Shown: piece after piece, positions 18,001 through 36,000 of the stretch
How the letters are laid out: each line of letters begins with the position of its first letter
How positions within the stretch are numbered: the first letter of the stretch is position 1
Assembly: GCA_964035545.1 (NCBI GenBank)
Contig: CAXIUT010000134.1
Coordinates: 242 to 64,241 of the forward strand
Direction: 5' to 3'
DNA length: 64,000 nt
Origin: Bugula neritina
Taxonomy: Eukaryota; Animalia; Bryozoa
The notes under the pieces: model-generated
Told to the model about the DNA's origin: nothing
The model's input: the letters and a program-made list of their open reading frames with translations, nothing else
Database searches by the model: none
Position numbers and translations under genes: made by a program

Positions 18001-21000
18001 ATATAGTATCATAGTATTAGAATATATAGTATCATAGTATTAGAATATATAGTATCATACTATTAGAATATATAGTATCATAGTATTAGAGTATATAGTA
18101 TCATAGTATTAGAATATATAGTATCATAGTATTAGAATATATAGTATCATAGTATTAGTATATATAGTATCATAGTATTAGAATATAGAGTATCATAGTA
18201 TTAGAATATATAGTATCATAGTATTAGAATATATAGTATCATAGTATTAGAATATATAGTATCATAGTATTAGAATATATAGTATCATACTATTAGAATA
18301 TATAGTATCATAGTATTAGAGTATATAGTATCATAGTATTAGAATATATAGTCATAGTATTAGAATATATAGTATCATAGTATTAGAATATATAGTATCA
18401 TAGTATTAGAGTATATAGTATCATAGTATTAGAATATATAGTATCATAGTATTAGAATATATAGCATCATTGTATTAGAATATATAGTATCATAGTATTA
18501 GAATATATAGTATCATACTATTAGAATATATAGTATCATAGTATTAGAGTATATAGTATCATAGTATTAGAATATATAGTATCATAGTATTAGAATATAT
18601 AGTATCATAGTATTAGAATATATAGTATCATAGTATTAGGATATATAGTATCATACTATTAGAATATATAGTATCATAGTATTAGAGTATATAGTATCAT
18701 AGTATTAGAATATATAGTATCATAGTATTAGAGTATATAGTATCATAGTATTAGAATATATAGTATCATAGTATTAGAATATATAGTATCATAGTATTAG
18801 AGTATATAGTATCATAGTATTAGAATATATAGTACCATAGTATTAGAATATATAGTATCATAGTATTAGAATATATAGTATCATAGTATTAGAATATATA
18901 GTATCATAGTATTAGAGTATATAGTATCATAGTATTAGAATATATAGTATCATAGTATTAGAATATATAGTATCATAGTATTAGAATATATAGTATCATA
19001 GTATTAGAATATATAGTATCATAGTATTAGAATATAGAGTATCATAGTATTAGAGTATATAGTATCATAGTATTAGAGTATATAGTATCATAGTATTAGA
19101 ATATATAGTATCATAGTATTAGAATATATAGTATCATAGTATTAGAATATATAGTATCATAGTATTAGAGTATATAGTATCATAGTATTAGAATATATAG
19201 TATCATAGTATTAGAATATATAGTATCATAGTATTAGAATATATAGTATCATAGTATTAGAATATATAGTATCATACTATTAGAATATATAGTATCATAG
19301 TATTAGAGTATATAGTATCATAGTATTAGATTATATAGTATCATAGTATTAGAATATATAGTATCATAGTATTAGAATATATAGTATCATAGTATTAGAA
19401 TATATAGTATCATACTATTAGAATATATAGTATCATAGTATTAGAGTATATAGTATCATAGTATTAGAAGATATAGTATCATAGTATTAGAGTATATAGT
19501 ATCATAGTATTAGAATATATAGTATCATAGTATTAGAATATATAGTATCATAGTATTAGAATATATAGTATCATAGTATTAGAATATATAGTATCATACT
19601 ATTAGAATATATAGTATCATAGTATTAGAGTATATAGTATCATAGTATTAGAATATATAGTATCATAGTATTAGAATATATAGTATCATAGTATTAGAAT
19701 ATATAGTATCATAGTATTAGAATATATAGTATCATACTATTAGAATATATAGTATCATAGTATTAGAGTATATAGTATCATAGTATTAGAATATATAGTA
19801 TCATAGTATTAGAATATATAGTATCATAGTATTAGAGTATATAGTATCATAGTATTAGAATATATAGTATCATAGTATTAGAATATATAGTATCATAGTA
19901 TTAGAATATATAGTATCATAGTATTAGAGTATATAGTATCATAGTATTAGAATATATAGTATCATAGTATTAGAATATATAGTATCATAGTATTAGAATA
20001 TATAGTATCATAGTATTAGAATATATAGTATCATAGTATTAGAATATATAGTATCATACTATTAGAATATATAGTATCATAGTATTAGAGTATATAGTAT
20101 CATAGTATTAGAATATATAGTATCATAGTATTAGAGTATATAGTATCATAGTATTAGAATATATAGTATCATAGTATTAGAATATATAGTATCATAGTAT
20201 TAGAATATATAGTATCATAGTATTAGAATATATAGTATCATACTATTAGAATATATAGTATCATAGTATTAGAGTATATAGTATCATAGTATTAGAATAT
20301 ATAGTATCATAGTATTAGAATATATAGTATCATAGTATTAGAGTATATAGTATCATAGTATTAGAATATATAGTATCATAGTATTAGAATATATAGTATC
20401 ATAGTATTAGAGTATATAGTATCATAGTATTAGAATATATAGTATCATAGTATTAGAATATATAGTATCATACTATTAGAATATATAGTATCATAGTATT
20501 AGAGTATATAGTATCATAGTATTAGAATATATAGTATCATAGTATTAGAATATATAGTATCATAGTATTAGAATATATAGTATCATAGTATTAGAATATA
20601 TAGTATCATACTATTAGAATATATAGTATCATAGTATTAGAGTATATAGTATCATAGTATTAGAATATATAGTATCATAGTATTAGAATATATAGTATCA
20701 TAGTATTAGAGTATATAGTATCATAGTATTAGAATATATAGTATCATAGTATTAGAATATATAGTATCATAGTATTAGAATATATAGTATCATAGTATTA
20801 GAGTAAATAGTATCATAGTATTAGAATATATAGTATCATAGTATTAGAATATATAGTATCATAGTATTAGAATATATAGTATCATAGTATTAGAATATAT
20901 AGTATCATAGTATTAGAATATAGAGTATCATAGTATTAGAGTATATAGAGTATCATAGTATTAGAGTGTATAGAGTATCATAGTATTAGAATATATAGTA

Positions 21001-24000
21001 TCATAGTATTAGAATATTTAGTATCATAGTATTAGAGTATATAGTATCATAGTATTAGAATACATAGTATCATAGTATTAGAATATATAGTATCATAGTA
21101 TTAGAATATAGAGTATCATAGTATTAGAATATATAGTATCATAGTATTAGAATATATAGTATCATAATATTAGAATATATAGTATCATAGTATTAGAATA
21201 TAGAGTATCATAGTATTAGAATAATTATATAGTATCATAGTATTAGAGTATATAGTATCATAGTATCAGAATATATAGTATCATAGTATTAGGGTATATA
21301 GTATCATAGTATTAGAATATATAGTATCATAGTATTAGAATATATAGTATCATAGTATTAGAGTATATAGTATCATAGTATTAGAATATATAGTATCATA
21401 GTATTAGAATATAGAGTATCATAGTATTAGAATAATTATATAGTATCATAGTATTAGAATATATAGTATCATAGTATTAGAATATAGAGTATCATAGTAT
21501 TAGAATATATAGTATCATAGTATTAGAATATATAGTATCATAGTATTAGAATATATAGTATCATAGTATTAGTATATATAGTATCATAGTATTAGAATAT
21601 ATAGTATCATAGTATTAGAATATATAGTATCATAGTATTAGAGTATAGAGCATCATAGTATCAGAATATATAGTATCTTAGTATTAGAGTATATAGTATC
21701 ATAGTATTAGAGTATATAGCACCATAGTATTAGAATATATAGTATCATAGTATTAGAATATAGAGTATCATAGTATTAGAATATATAGTATTATAGTATT
21801 AGAGTATATAGTATCATAGTATTAGAATATATAGTATCATAGTATTAGAATATATAGTATCATAGTATTAGAATATATAGTATCATAGTATTAGAGTATA
21901 GAGTATCATAGTATCAGAATATATAGTATCTTAGTATTAGAATATATAGTATCATAGTATTAGAGTATATAGTACCATAGTATTAGAATATATAGTATCA
22001 TAGTATTAGAATATAGAGTATCATAGTATTAGAATATATAGTATTATAGTATTAGAGTATATAGTATCATAGTATTAGAATATATAGTATCATAGTATTA
22101 GAATATATAGTATCATAGTATTAGAATATAGAGTATCATAGTATTAGAGTACAGAGTATCATAGTATTAGAATAATTATATAGTATCATAGTATTAGAAT
22201 ATATAGTATCATAGTATTAGAGTATATAGTATCATAGTATTAGAATATATAGTATCATAGTATTAGAATATATAGTATCATACTATTAGAATATATAGTA
22301 TCATAGTATTAGAGTATATAGTATTATAGTATTAGAATATATAGTATCATAGTATTAGAATATATAGTATCATAGTATTAGAATATATAGTATCATAGTA
22401 TTAGAATATATAGTATCATACTATTAGAATATATAGTATCATAGTATTAGAGTATATAGTATCATAGTATTAGAATATATAGTATCATAGTATTAGAATA
22501 TATAGTATCATAGTATTAGAATATATAGTATCATACTATTAGAATATATAGTATCATAGTATTAGAGTATATAGTATCATAGTATTAGAATATATAGTAT
22601 CATAGTATTAGAATATATAGTATCATAGTATTAGAGTATATAGTATCATAGTATTAGAATATATAGTATCATAGTATTAGAATATATAGTATCATAGTAT
22701 TAGAATATATAGTATCATAGTATTAGAGTATATAGTATCATAGTATTAGAATATATAGTATCATAGTATTAGAATATATAGTATCATAGTATTAGAATAT
22801 ATAGTATCATAGTATTAGAATATATAGTATCATAGTATTAGAATATATAGTATCATAGTATTAGAATATAGAGTATCATAGTATTAGAGTATATAGAGTA
22901 TCATAGTATTAGAATATATAGTATCATAGTATTAGAATATATAGTATCATAGTATTAGAGTATATAGTATCATAGTATTAGAATATATAGTATCATAGTA
23001 TTAGAATATATAGTATCATAGTATTAGAATATATAGTATCATAGTATTAGAGTATATAGTATCATAGTAATAGAATATATAGTATCATAGTATTAGAGTA
23101 TATAGTATCATAGTATTAGAGTATATAGTATCATAGTATTAGAGTATAGAGTATCATAGTATTAGAATATATAGTATCATAGTATTAGAATATATAGTAT
23201 CATAGTATTAGAATATAGAGTATCATAGTATTAGAATATATAGTATCATAGTATTAGAATATAGAGTATCATAGTATTAGAATATATAGTATCATAGTAT
23301 TAGAATATATAGTATCATAGTATTAGAGTATATAGTATCATAGTATTAGAGTATATAGTATCATAGTATTAGAGTATATAGTATCATAGTATTAGAATAT
23401 AGAGTATCATAGTATTAGAGTATATAGTACCATAGTATTAGAATATATAGTATCATAGTATTAGAATATATAGTATCATAGTATTAGAGTATATAGTATC
23501 ATAGTATTAGAATATATAGTATCACAGTATTAGAATATATAGTATCATAGTATTAGAATATATAGAGTATCATAGTATTAGAATATATAGTATCATAGTA
23601 TTAGAGTATATAGTATCATAGTATTAGAGTATATAGTATCATAGTATTAGAATATAGAGTATCATAGTATTAGAATATATAGTATCATAGTATTAGAATA
23701 TATAGTATCATAGTGTTAGAGTATATAGTATCATAGTATTAGAATATATAGTATCATAGTATTAGAATATATAGTATCATAGTATTAGAATATATAGTAT
23801 CATAGTATTAGAATATATAGTATCATACTATTAGAATATATAGTATCATAGTATTAGAGTATATAGTATCATAGTATTAGAATATATAGTATCATAGTAT
23901 TAGAATATATAGTATCATAGTATTAGAGTATATAGTATCATAGTATTAGAATATATAGTATCATAGTATTAGAATATTTAGTATCATAGTATTAGAATAT

Positions 24001-27000
24001 ATAGTATCATAGTATTAGAGTATATAGTATCATAGTATTAGAATATATAGTATCATAGTATTAGAATATATAGTATCATAGTATTAGAATATATAGTATC
24101 ATAGTATTAGAATATATAGTATCATACTATTAGAATATATAGTATCATAGTATTAGAGTATATAGTATCATAGTATTAGAATATATAGTATCATAGTATT
24201 AGAGTATATAGTATCATAGTATTAGAGTATATAGTATCATAGTATTAGAGTATATAGTATCATAGTATTAGAATATATAGTATCATAGTATTAGAGTATA
24301 TAGTATCATAGTATTAGAATATATAGTACCATAGTATTAGTATATATAGTATCATAGTATTAGAATATATAGTATCATAGTATTAGAATATATAGTATCA
24401 TAGTATTAGAATATATAGTATCATACTATTAGAATATATAGTATCATAGTATTAGAGTATATAGTATCATAGTATTAGAATATATAGTATCATAGTATTA
24501 GAATATATAGTATCATAGTATTAGAGTATATAGTATCATAGTATTAGAATATATAGTATCATAGTATTAGAATATATAGTATCATAGTATTAGAATATAT
24601 AGTATCATAGTATTAGAGTATATAGTATCATAGTATTAGAATATATAGTATCATAGTATTAGAATATATTGTATCATAGTATTAGAATATATAGTATCAT
24701 AGTATTAGGATATATAGTATCATACTATTAGAATATATAGTATCATAGTATTAGAGTATATAGTATCATAGTATTAGAATATATAGTATCATAGTATTAG
24801 AGTATATAGTATCATAGTATTAGAGTATATAGTATCATAGTATTAGAGTATATAGTATCATAGTATTAGAATATATAGTATCATAGTATTAGAATATATA
24901 GAGTATCATAGTATTAGAATATATAGTATCATAGTATTAGAATATATAGTATCATAGTATTAGAATATATAGTATCATAGTATTAGAATATATAGTATCA
25001 TAGTATTAGAATATATAGTATCATAGTATTAGAATATATAGTATCATACTATTATAATATATAGTATCATAGTATTAGAGTATATAGTATCATAGTATTA
25101 GAATATATAGTATCATAGTATTAGAGTATATAGTATCATAGTATTAGAGTATATAGTATCATAGTATTAGAGTATATAGTATCATAGTATTAGAATATAT
25201 AGTATCATAGTATTAGAGTATATAGTATCATAGTATTAGAATATATAGTACCATAGTATTAGTATATATAGTATCATAGTATTAGAATATATAGTATCAT
25301 AGTATTAGAATATATAGTATCATAGTATTAGAATATATAGAGTATCATAGTATTAGAATATAGAGTATCATAGTATTAGAATATATAGTATCATAGTATT
25401 AGAATATATAGAGTATCATAGTATTAGAATATATAGAGTATCATAGTATTAGAATATATAGTATCATAGTATTAGAATATATAGTATCATAGTATTAGAG
25501 TATATAGTATCATAGTATTAGAGTATATAGTATCATAGTATTAGAGTATATATTATCATGGTATTAGAGTATATAGTATCATAGTATTAGAGTATATAGT
25601 ATCATAGTATTAGAATATATAGTATCATAGTATTAGAATATATAGTATCATAGTATTAGAGTATATAGTATCATAGTATTAGAATATATAGTATCACAGT
25701 ATTAGAATATATAGTATCATAGTATTAGAATATATAGTATCATAGTATTAGAATATATAGAGTATCATAGTATTAGAATATGTAGAGTATCATAGTATTA
25801 GAATATATAGTATCATAGTATTAGAGTATATAGTATCATAGTATTAGAGTATATAGTATTATAGTATTAGAATATAGAGTATCATAGTATTAGAATATAT
25901 AGTATCATAGTATTAGAATATATAGTATCATAGTATTAGAGTATATAGTATCATAGTATTAGAATATATAGTATCATAGTATTAGAATATATAGTATCAT
26001 AGTATTAGAATATATAGTATCATAGTATTAGAATATATAGTATCATACTATTAGAATATATAGTATCATAGTATTAGAGTATATAGTATCATAGTATTAG
26101 AATATATAGTATCATAGTATTAGAATATATAGTATCATAGTATTAGAGTATATAGTATCATAGTATTAGAATATATAGTATCATAGTATTAGAATATATA
26201 GTATCATAGTATTAGAATATATAGTATCATAGTATTAAAGTATATAGTATCATAGTATTAGAATATATAGTATCATAGTATTAGAATATATAGTATCATA
26301 GTATTGGAATATATAGTATCATAGTATTAGAATATATAGTATCATACTATTAGAATATATAGTATCATGGTATTAGAGTATATAGTATCATAGTATTAGA
26401 ATATATAGTATCATAGTATTAGAGTATATAGTATCATAGTATTAGAGTATATAGTATCATAGTATTAGAGTATATAGTATCATAGTATTAGAATATATAG
26501 TATCATAGTATTAGAGTATATAGTATCATAGTATTAGAATATATAGTACCATAGTATTAGTATATATAGTATCATAGTATTAGAATATATAGTATCATAG
26601 TATTAGAATATATAGTATCATAGTATTAGAATATATAGTATCATACTATTAGAATATATAGTATCATAGTATTAGAGTATATAGTATCATAGTATTAGAA
26701 TATATAGTATCATAGTATTAGAATATATAGTATCATAGTATTAGAGTATATAGTATCATAGTATTAAAATATATAGTATCATAGTATTAGAATATATAGT
26801 ATCATAGTATTAGAATATATAGTATCATAGTATTAGAGTATATAGTATCATAGTATTAGAATATATAGTATCATAGTATTAGAATATATAGTATCATAGT
26901 ATTAGAATATATAGTATCATAGTATTAGAATATATAGTATCATACTATTAGAATATATAGTATCATAGTATTAGAGTATATAGTATCATAGTATTAGAAT

Positions 27001-30000
27001 ATATAGTATCATAGTATTAGAGTATATAGTATCATAGTATTAGAGTATATAGTATCATAGTATTAGAGTATATAGTATCATAGTATTAGAATATATAGTA
27101 TCATAGTATTAGAATATATAGAGTATCATAGTATTAGAATATATAGTATCATAGTATTAGAATATATAGTATCATAGTATTAGAATATATAGTATCATAG
27201 TATTAGAATATATAGTATCATAGTATTAGAATATATAGTATCATAGTATTAGAATATATAGTATCATACTATTAGAATATATAGTATCATAGTATTAGAG
27301 TATATAGTATCATAGTATTAGAATATATAGTATCATAGTATTAGAGTATATAGTATCATAGTATTAGAGTATATAGTATCATAGTATTAGAGTATATAGT
27401 ATCATAGTATTAGAATATATAGTATCATAGTATTAGAGTATATAGTATCATAGTATTAGAATATATAGTACCATAGTATTAGTATATATAGTATCATAGT
27501 ATTAGAATATATAGTATCATAGTGTTAGAATATATAGTATCATAGTATTAGAATATATAGAGTATCATAGTATTAGAATATAGAGTATCATAGTATTAGA
27601 ATATATAGTATCATAGTATTAGAATATATAGAGTATCATAGTATTAGAATATATAGAGTATCATAGTATTAGAATATATAGTATCATAGTATTAGAATAT
27701 ATAGTATCATAGTATTAGAGTATATAGTATCATAGTATTAGAGTATATAGTATCATAGTATTAGAGTATATATTATCATGGTATTAGAGTATATAGTATC
27801 ATAGTATTAGAGTATATAGTATCATAGTATTAGAGTATAGAGTATCATAGTATTAGAGTATAGAGTATCATAGTATTAGAATATATAGTATCATAGTATT
27901 AGAGTATATAGTATAATAGTATTAGAGTATATAGTATCATAGTATTAGAATATATAGTATCATAGTATTAGAATATATAGTATCATAGTATTAGAATATA
28001 TGGTATCATAGTATTACAATATATAGTATCAAAGTATTCGAATATATAGTATCATAGTATTAGAGTATATAGTATCATAGTATTAGAATATATAGTATCA
28101 TAGTATTAGAATATATAGTATCATAGTATTAGAATATATAGTATCATAGTATTAGAGTATATAGTATCATAGTATTAGAGTATATAGTATCATAGTATTA
28201 GAATATATAGTATCATAGTATTAGAGTATATAGTATCATAGTATTAGAATATATAGTATCATAGTATTAGAATATAGAGTATCATAGTATTAGAATATAT
28301 AGTATCATAGTACTAGAATATAGAGTATCATAGTATTAGAATATATAGTATCATAGTATTAGAGTATATAGTATCATAGTATTAGAATATATAGTATCAT
28401 AGTATTAGAGTATATAGTATCATAGTAATAGAGTATATAGTATCATAGTATTAGAATATATAGTATCATAGTATTAGAGTATATAGTATCATAGTATTAG
28501 AATATAGAGTATCATAGTATTAGAGTATATAGTATCATAGCATTAGAGTATATAGGGTCATAGTATTAGAGTATAGAGTATCATAGTATTAGAGTATATA
28601 GTATCATAGTATTAGAATATATAGTATCATAGTATTAGAATATATAGTATCATAGTATTAGAATATATAGTATCATAGTATTAGAATATATAGTATCATA
28701 GTATTAGAATATATAGTATCATAGTATTAGAATATAGAGTATCATAGTATTAGAGTATATAGTATCATAGTATTAGAATATATAGTATCATAGTATTAGA
28801 ATATATAGTATCATAGTATTAGAGTATATAGTATCATAGTATTAGAATATATAGTATCATAGTATTAGAACATATAGTATCATAGTATTAGAGTATATAG
28901 TATCATAGTATTAGAGTATATAGTATCATAGTATTAGAATATATAGTATCATAGTATTAGAGTATATAGTATCATAGTATTAGAGTATATAGTATCATAG
29001 TATTAGAGTATAGAGTTTCATAGTATTAGAATATATAGTATCATAGTATTAGAATATATAGTATCATAGTATTAGAGTATATAGTATCATAGTATTAGAA
29101 TATAGAGTATCATAGTATTAGAATATATAGTATCATAGTATTAGAATATATAGTATCATAATATTAGAATATATAGTATCATAGTATTAGAATATAGAGT
29201 ATCATAGTATTAGAATAATTATATAGTATCATAGTATTAGAATATATAGTATCATAGTATTAGAATATATAGTATCATACTATTATAATATATAGTATCA
29301 TAGTATTAGAGTATATAGTATCATAGTATTAGAATATATAGTATCATAGTATTAGAGTATATAGTATCATAGTATTAGAGTATATAGTATCATAGTATTA
29401 GAGTATATAGTATCATAGTATTAGAATATATAGTATCATAGTATTAGAGTATATAGTATCATAGTATTAGAATATATAGTACCATAGTATTAGTATATAT
29501 AGTATCATAGTATTAGAATATATAGTATCATAGTATTAGAATATATAGTATCATAGTATTAGAATATATAGAGTATCATAGTATTAGAATATAGAGTATC
29601 ATAGTATTAGAATATATAGTATCATAGTATTAGAATATATAGAGTATCATAGTATTAGAATATATAGAGTATCATAGTATTAGAATATATAGTATCATAG
29701 TATTAGAATATATAGTATCATAGTATTAGAGTATATAGTATCATAGTATTAGAGTATATAGTATCATAGTATTAGAGTATATATTATCATGGTATTAGAG
29801 TATATAGTATCATAGTATTAGAGTATATAGTATCATAGTATTAGAATATATAGTATCATAGTATTAGAATATATAGTATCATAGTATTAGAGTATATAGT
29901 ATCATAGTATTAGAATATATAGTATCACAGTATTAGAATATATAGTATCATAGTATTAGAATATATAGTATCATAGTATTAGAATATATAGAGTATCATA

Positions 30001-33000
30001 GTATTAGAATATGTAGAGTATCATAGTATTAGAATATATAGTATCATAGTATTAGAGTATATAGTATCATAGTATTAGAGTATATAGTATTATAGTATTA
30101 GAATATAGAGTATCATAGTATTAGAATATATAGTATCATAGTATTAGAATATATAGTATCATAGTATTAGAGTATATAGTATCATAGTATTAGAATATAT
30201 AGTATCATAGTATTAGAATATATAGTATCATAGTATTAGAATATATAGTATCATAGTATTAGAATATATAGTATCATACTATTAGAATATATAGTATCAT
30301 AGTATTAGAGTATATAGTATCATAGTATTAGAATATATAGTATCATAGTATTAGAATATATAGTATCATAGTATTAGAGTATATAGTATCATAGTATTAG
30401 AATATATAGTATCATAGTATTAGAATATATAGTATCATAGTATTAGAATATATAGTATCATAGTATTAAAGTATATAGTATCATAGTATTAGAATATATA
30501 GTATCATAGTATTAGAATATATAGTATCATAGTATTAGAATATATAGTATCATAGTATTAGAATATATAGTATCATACTATTAGAATATATAGTATCATG
30601 GTATTAGAGTATATAGTATCATAGTATTAGAATATATAGTATCATAGTATTAGAGTATATAGTATCATAGTATTAGAGTATATAGTATCATAGTATTAGA
30701 GTATATAGTATCATAGTATTAGAATATATAGTATCATAGTATTAGAGTATATAGTATCATAGTATTAGAATATATAGTACCATAGTATTAGTATATATAG
30801 TATCATAGTATTAGAATATATAGTATCATAGTATTAGAATATATAGTATCATAGTATTAGAATATATAGTATCATACTATTAGAATATATAGTATCATAG
30901 TATTAGAGTATATAGTATCATAGTATTAGAATATATAGTATCATAGTATTAGAATATATAGTATCATAGTATTAGAGTATATAGTATCATAGTATTAAAA
31001 TATATAGTATCATAGTATTAGAATATATAGTATCATAGTATTAGAATATATAGTATCATAGTATTAGAGTATATAGTATCATAGTATTAGAATATATAGT
31101 ATCATAGTATTAGAATATATAGTATCATAGTATTAGAATATATAGTATCATAGTATTAGAATATATAGTATCATACTATTAGAATATATAGTATCATAGT
31201 ATTAGAGTATATAGTATCATAGTATTAGAATATATAGTATCATAGTATTAGAGTATATAGTATCATAGTATTAGAGTATATAGTATCATAGTATTAGAGT
31301 ATATAGTATCATAGTATTAGAATATATAGTATCATAGTATTAGAATATATAGAGTATCATAGTATTAGAATATATAGTATCATAGTATTAGAATATATAG
31401 TATCATAGTATTAGAATATATAGTATCATAGTATTAGAATATATAGTATCATAGTATTAGAATATATAGTATCATAGTATTAGAATATATAGTATCATAC
31501 TATTAGAATATATAGTATCATAGTATTAGAGTATATAGTATCATAGTATTAGAATATATAGTATCATAGTATTAGAGTATATAGTATCATAGTATTAGAG
31601 TATATAGTATCATAGTATTAGAGTATATAGTATCATAGTATTAGAATATATAGTATCATAGTATTAGAGTATATAGTATCATAGTATTAGAATATATAGT
31701 ACCATAGTATTAGTATATATAGTATCATAGTATTAGAATATATAGTATCATAGTGTTAGAATATATAGTATCATAGTATTAGAATATATAGAGTATCATA
31801 GTATTAGAATATAGAGTATCATAGTATTAGAATATATAGTATCATAGTATTAGAATATATAGAGTATCATAGTATTAGAATATATAGAGTATCATAGTAT
31901 TAGAATATATAGTATCATAGTATTAGAATATATAGTATCATAGTATTAGAGTATATAGTATCATAGTATTAGAGTATATAGTATCATAGTATTAGAGTAT
32001 ATATTATCATGGTATTAGAGTATATAGTATCATAGTATTAGAGTATATAGTATCATAGTATTAGAGTATAGAGTATCATAGTATTAGAGTATAGAGTATC
32101 ATAGTATTAGAATATATAGTATCATAGTATTAGAGTATATAGTATAATAGTATTAGAGTATATAGTATCATAGTATTAGAATATATAGTATCATAGTATT
32201 AGAATATATAGTATCATAGTATTAGAATATATGGTATCATAGTATTACAATATATAGTATCAAAGTATTCGAATATATAGTATCATAGTATTAGAGTATA
32301 TAGTATCATAGTATTAGAATATATAGTATCATAGTATTAGAATATATAGTATCATAGTATTAGAATATATAGTATCATAGTATTAGAGTATATAGTATCA
32401 TAGTATTAGAGTATATAGTATCATAGTATTAGAATATATAGTATCATAGTATTAGAGTATATAGTATCATAGTATTAGAATATATAGTATCATAGTATTA
32501 GAATATAGAGTATCATAGTATTAGAATATATAGTATCATAGTACTAGAATATAGAGTATCATAGTATTAGAATATATAGTATCATAGTATTAGAGTATAT
32601 AGTATCATAGTATTAGAATATATAGTATCATAGTATTAGAGTATATAGTATCATAGTAATAGAGTATATAGTATCATAGTATTAGAATATATAGTATCAT
32701 AGTATTAGAGTATATAGTATCATAGTATTAGAATATAGAGTATCATAGTATTAGAGTATATAGTATCATAGCATTAGAGTATATAGGGTCATAGTATTAG
32801 AGTATAGAGTATCATAGTATTAGAGTATATAGTATCATAGTATTAGAATATATAGTATCATAGTATTAGAATATATAGTATCATAGTATTAGAATATATA
32901 GTATCATAGTATTAGAATATATAGTATCATAGTATTAGAATATATAGTATCATAGTATTAGAATATAGAGTATCATAGTATTAGAGTATATAGTATCATA

Positions 33001-36000
33001 GTATTAGAATATATAGTATCATAGTATTAGAATATATAGTATCATAGTATTAGAGTATATAGTATCATAGTATTAGAATATATAGTATCATAGTATTAGA
33101 ATATATAGTATCATAGTATTAGAGTATATAGTATCATAGTATTAGAGTATATAGTATCATAGTATTAGAATATATAGTATCATAGTATTAGAGTATATAG
33201 TATCATAGTATTAGAGTATATAGTATCATAGTATTAGAGTATAGAGTTTCATAGTATTAGAATATATAGTATCATAGTATTAGAATATATAGTATCATAG
33301 TATTAGAGTATATAGTATCATAGTATTAGAATATAGAGTATCATAGTATTAGAATATATAGTATCATAGTATTAGAATATATAGTATCATAATATTAGAA
33401 TATATAGTATCATAGTATTAGAATATAGAGTATCATAGTATTAGAATAATTATATAGTATCATAGTATTAGAGTATATAGTATCATAGTATTAGAATATA
33501 TAGTATCATAGTATTAGGGTATATAGTATCATAGTATTAGAATATATAGTATCATAGTATTAGAATATATAGTATCATAGTATTAGAGTATATAGTATCA
33601 TAGTATTAGAATATATAGTATCATAGTATTAGAATATAGAGTATCATAGTATTAGAATAATTATATAGTATCATAGTATTAGAATATATAGTATCATAGT
33701 ATTAGAATATAGAGTATCATAGTATTAGAATATATAGTATCATAGTATTAGAATATATAGTATCATAGTATTAGAATATATAGTATCATAGTATTAGTAT
33801 ATATAGTATCATAGTATTAGAATATATAGTATCATAGTATTAGAATATATAGTATCATAGTATTAGAGTATAGAGTATCATAGTATCAGAATATATAGTA
33901 TCTTAGTATTAGAGTATATAGTATCATAGTATTAGAGTATATAGCACCATAGTATTAGAATATATAGTATCATAGTATTAGAATATAGAGTATCATAGTA
34001 TTAGAATATATAGTATTATAGTATTAGAGTATATAGTATCATAGTATTAGAATATATAGTATCATAGTATTAGAATATATAGTATCATAGTATTAGAATA
34101 TATAGTATCATAGTATTAGAGTATAGAGTATCATAGTATCAGAATATATAGTATCTTAGTATTAGAGTATATAGTATCATAGTATTAGAGTATATAGTAC
34201 CATAGTATTAGAATATATAGTATCATAGTATTAGAATATAGAGTATCATAGTATTAGAATATATAGTATTATAGTATTAGAGTATATAGTATCATAGTAT
34301 TAGAATATATAGTATCATAGTATTAGAATATATAGTATCATAGTATTAGAATGTAGAGTATCATAGTATTAGAGTATAGAGTATCATAGTATTAGAATAA
34401 TTATATAGTATCATAGTATTAGAATATATAGTATCATAGTATTAGTATATATAGTATCATAGTATTAGAATATATAGTATCATAGTATTAGAATATATAG
34501 TATCATAGTATTAGAGTATAGAGTATCATAGTATCAGAATATATAGTATCTTAGTATTAGAGTATATAGTATCATAGTATTAGAGTATATAGTATTATAG
34601 TATTAGAATATATAGTACCATAGTATTAGAATATATAGTATCATAGTATTAGAATATAGAGTATCATAGTATTAGAATATATAGTATCATAGTATTAGAA
34701 TATAGAGTATCATAGTATTAGAATATAGAGTATGATAGTATTAGAATAATTATATAGTATCATAGTATTAGAGTATATAGTATCATAGTATTAGAATATA
34801 TAGTATCATAGTATTAGAGTATATAGTATCATAGTATTAGAATATATAGTACCATAGTATTAGAATATATAGTATCATAGTATTAGAGTATATAGTATCA
34901 TAGTATTAGAATATATAGTATCATAGTATTAGAGTATATAGTATCATAGTATTAGAGTATATAGTATCATAGTATTAGAATCTATAGTATCATAGTATTA
35001 CAATATAGAGTATCATAGTATTAGAATATATAGTATCATAGTATTAGAATATATAGTATCATAGTATTAAAATATATAGTATCATAGTATTAGAGTATAT
35101 AGTATCATAGTATTAGAATATATAGTATCATAGTATTAGAATATATAGTATCATAGTATTAGAATATATAGTATCATAGTATTAGAATATATAGTATCAT
35201 ACTATTAGAATATATAGTATCATAGTATTAGAGTATATAGTATTATAGTATTAGAATATATAGTATCATAGTATTAGAATATATAGTATCATAGTATTAG
35301 AATATATAGTATCATAGTATTAGAATATATAGTATCATACTATTAGAATATATAGTATCATAGTATTAGAGTATATAGTATCATAGTATTAGAATATATA
35401 GTATCATAGTATTAGAATATATAGTATCATAGTATTAGTATATATAGTATCATACTATTAGAATATATAGTATCATAGTATTAGAGTATATAGTGTCATA
35501 GTATTAGAATATATAGTATCATAGTATTAAAATATATAGTATCATAGTATTAGAATTTATAGTATCATAGTATTAGAATATATAGTATCATACTATTAGA
35601 ATATATAGTATCATAGTATTAGAGTATATAGTATCATAGTATTAGAATATATAGTATCATAGTATTAGAATATATAGTATCATAGTATTAGTATATATAG
35701 TATCATAGTATTAGAATATAGAGTATCATAGTATTAGAATATATAGTATCATAGTATTAGAATATATAGTATCATAGTATTAGAATATATAGTATCATAG
35801 TATTAGAATATATAGTATCATACTATTAGAATATATAGTATCATAGTATTAGAGTATATAGTATCATAGTATTAGAATATATAGTATCATAGTATTAGAA
35901 TATATAGTATCATAGTATTAGAATATATAGTATCATAGTATTAGAGTATATAGTATCATAGTATTAGAATATATAGTATCATAGTATTAGAATATATAGT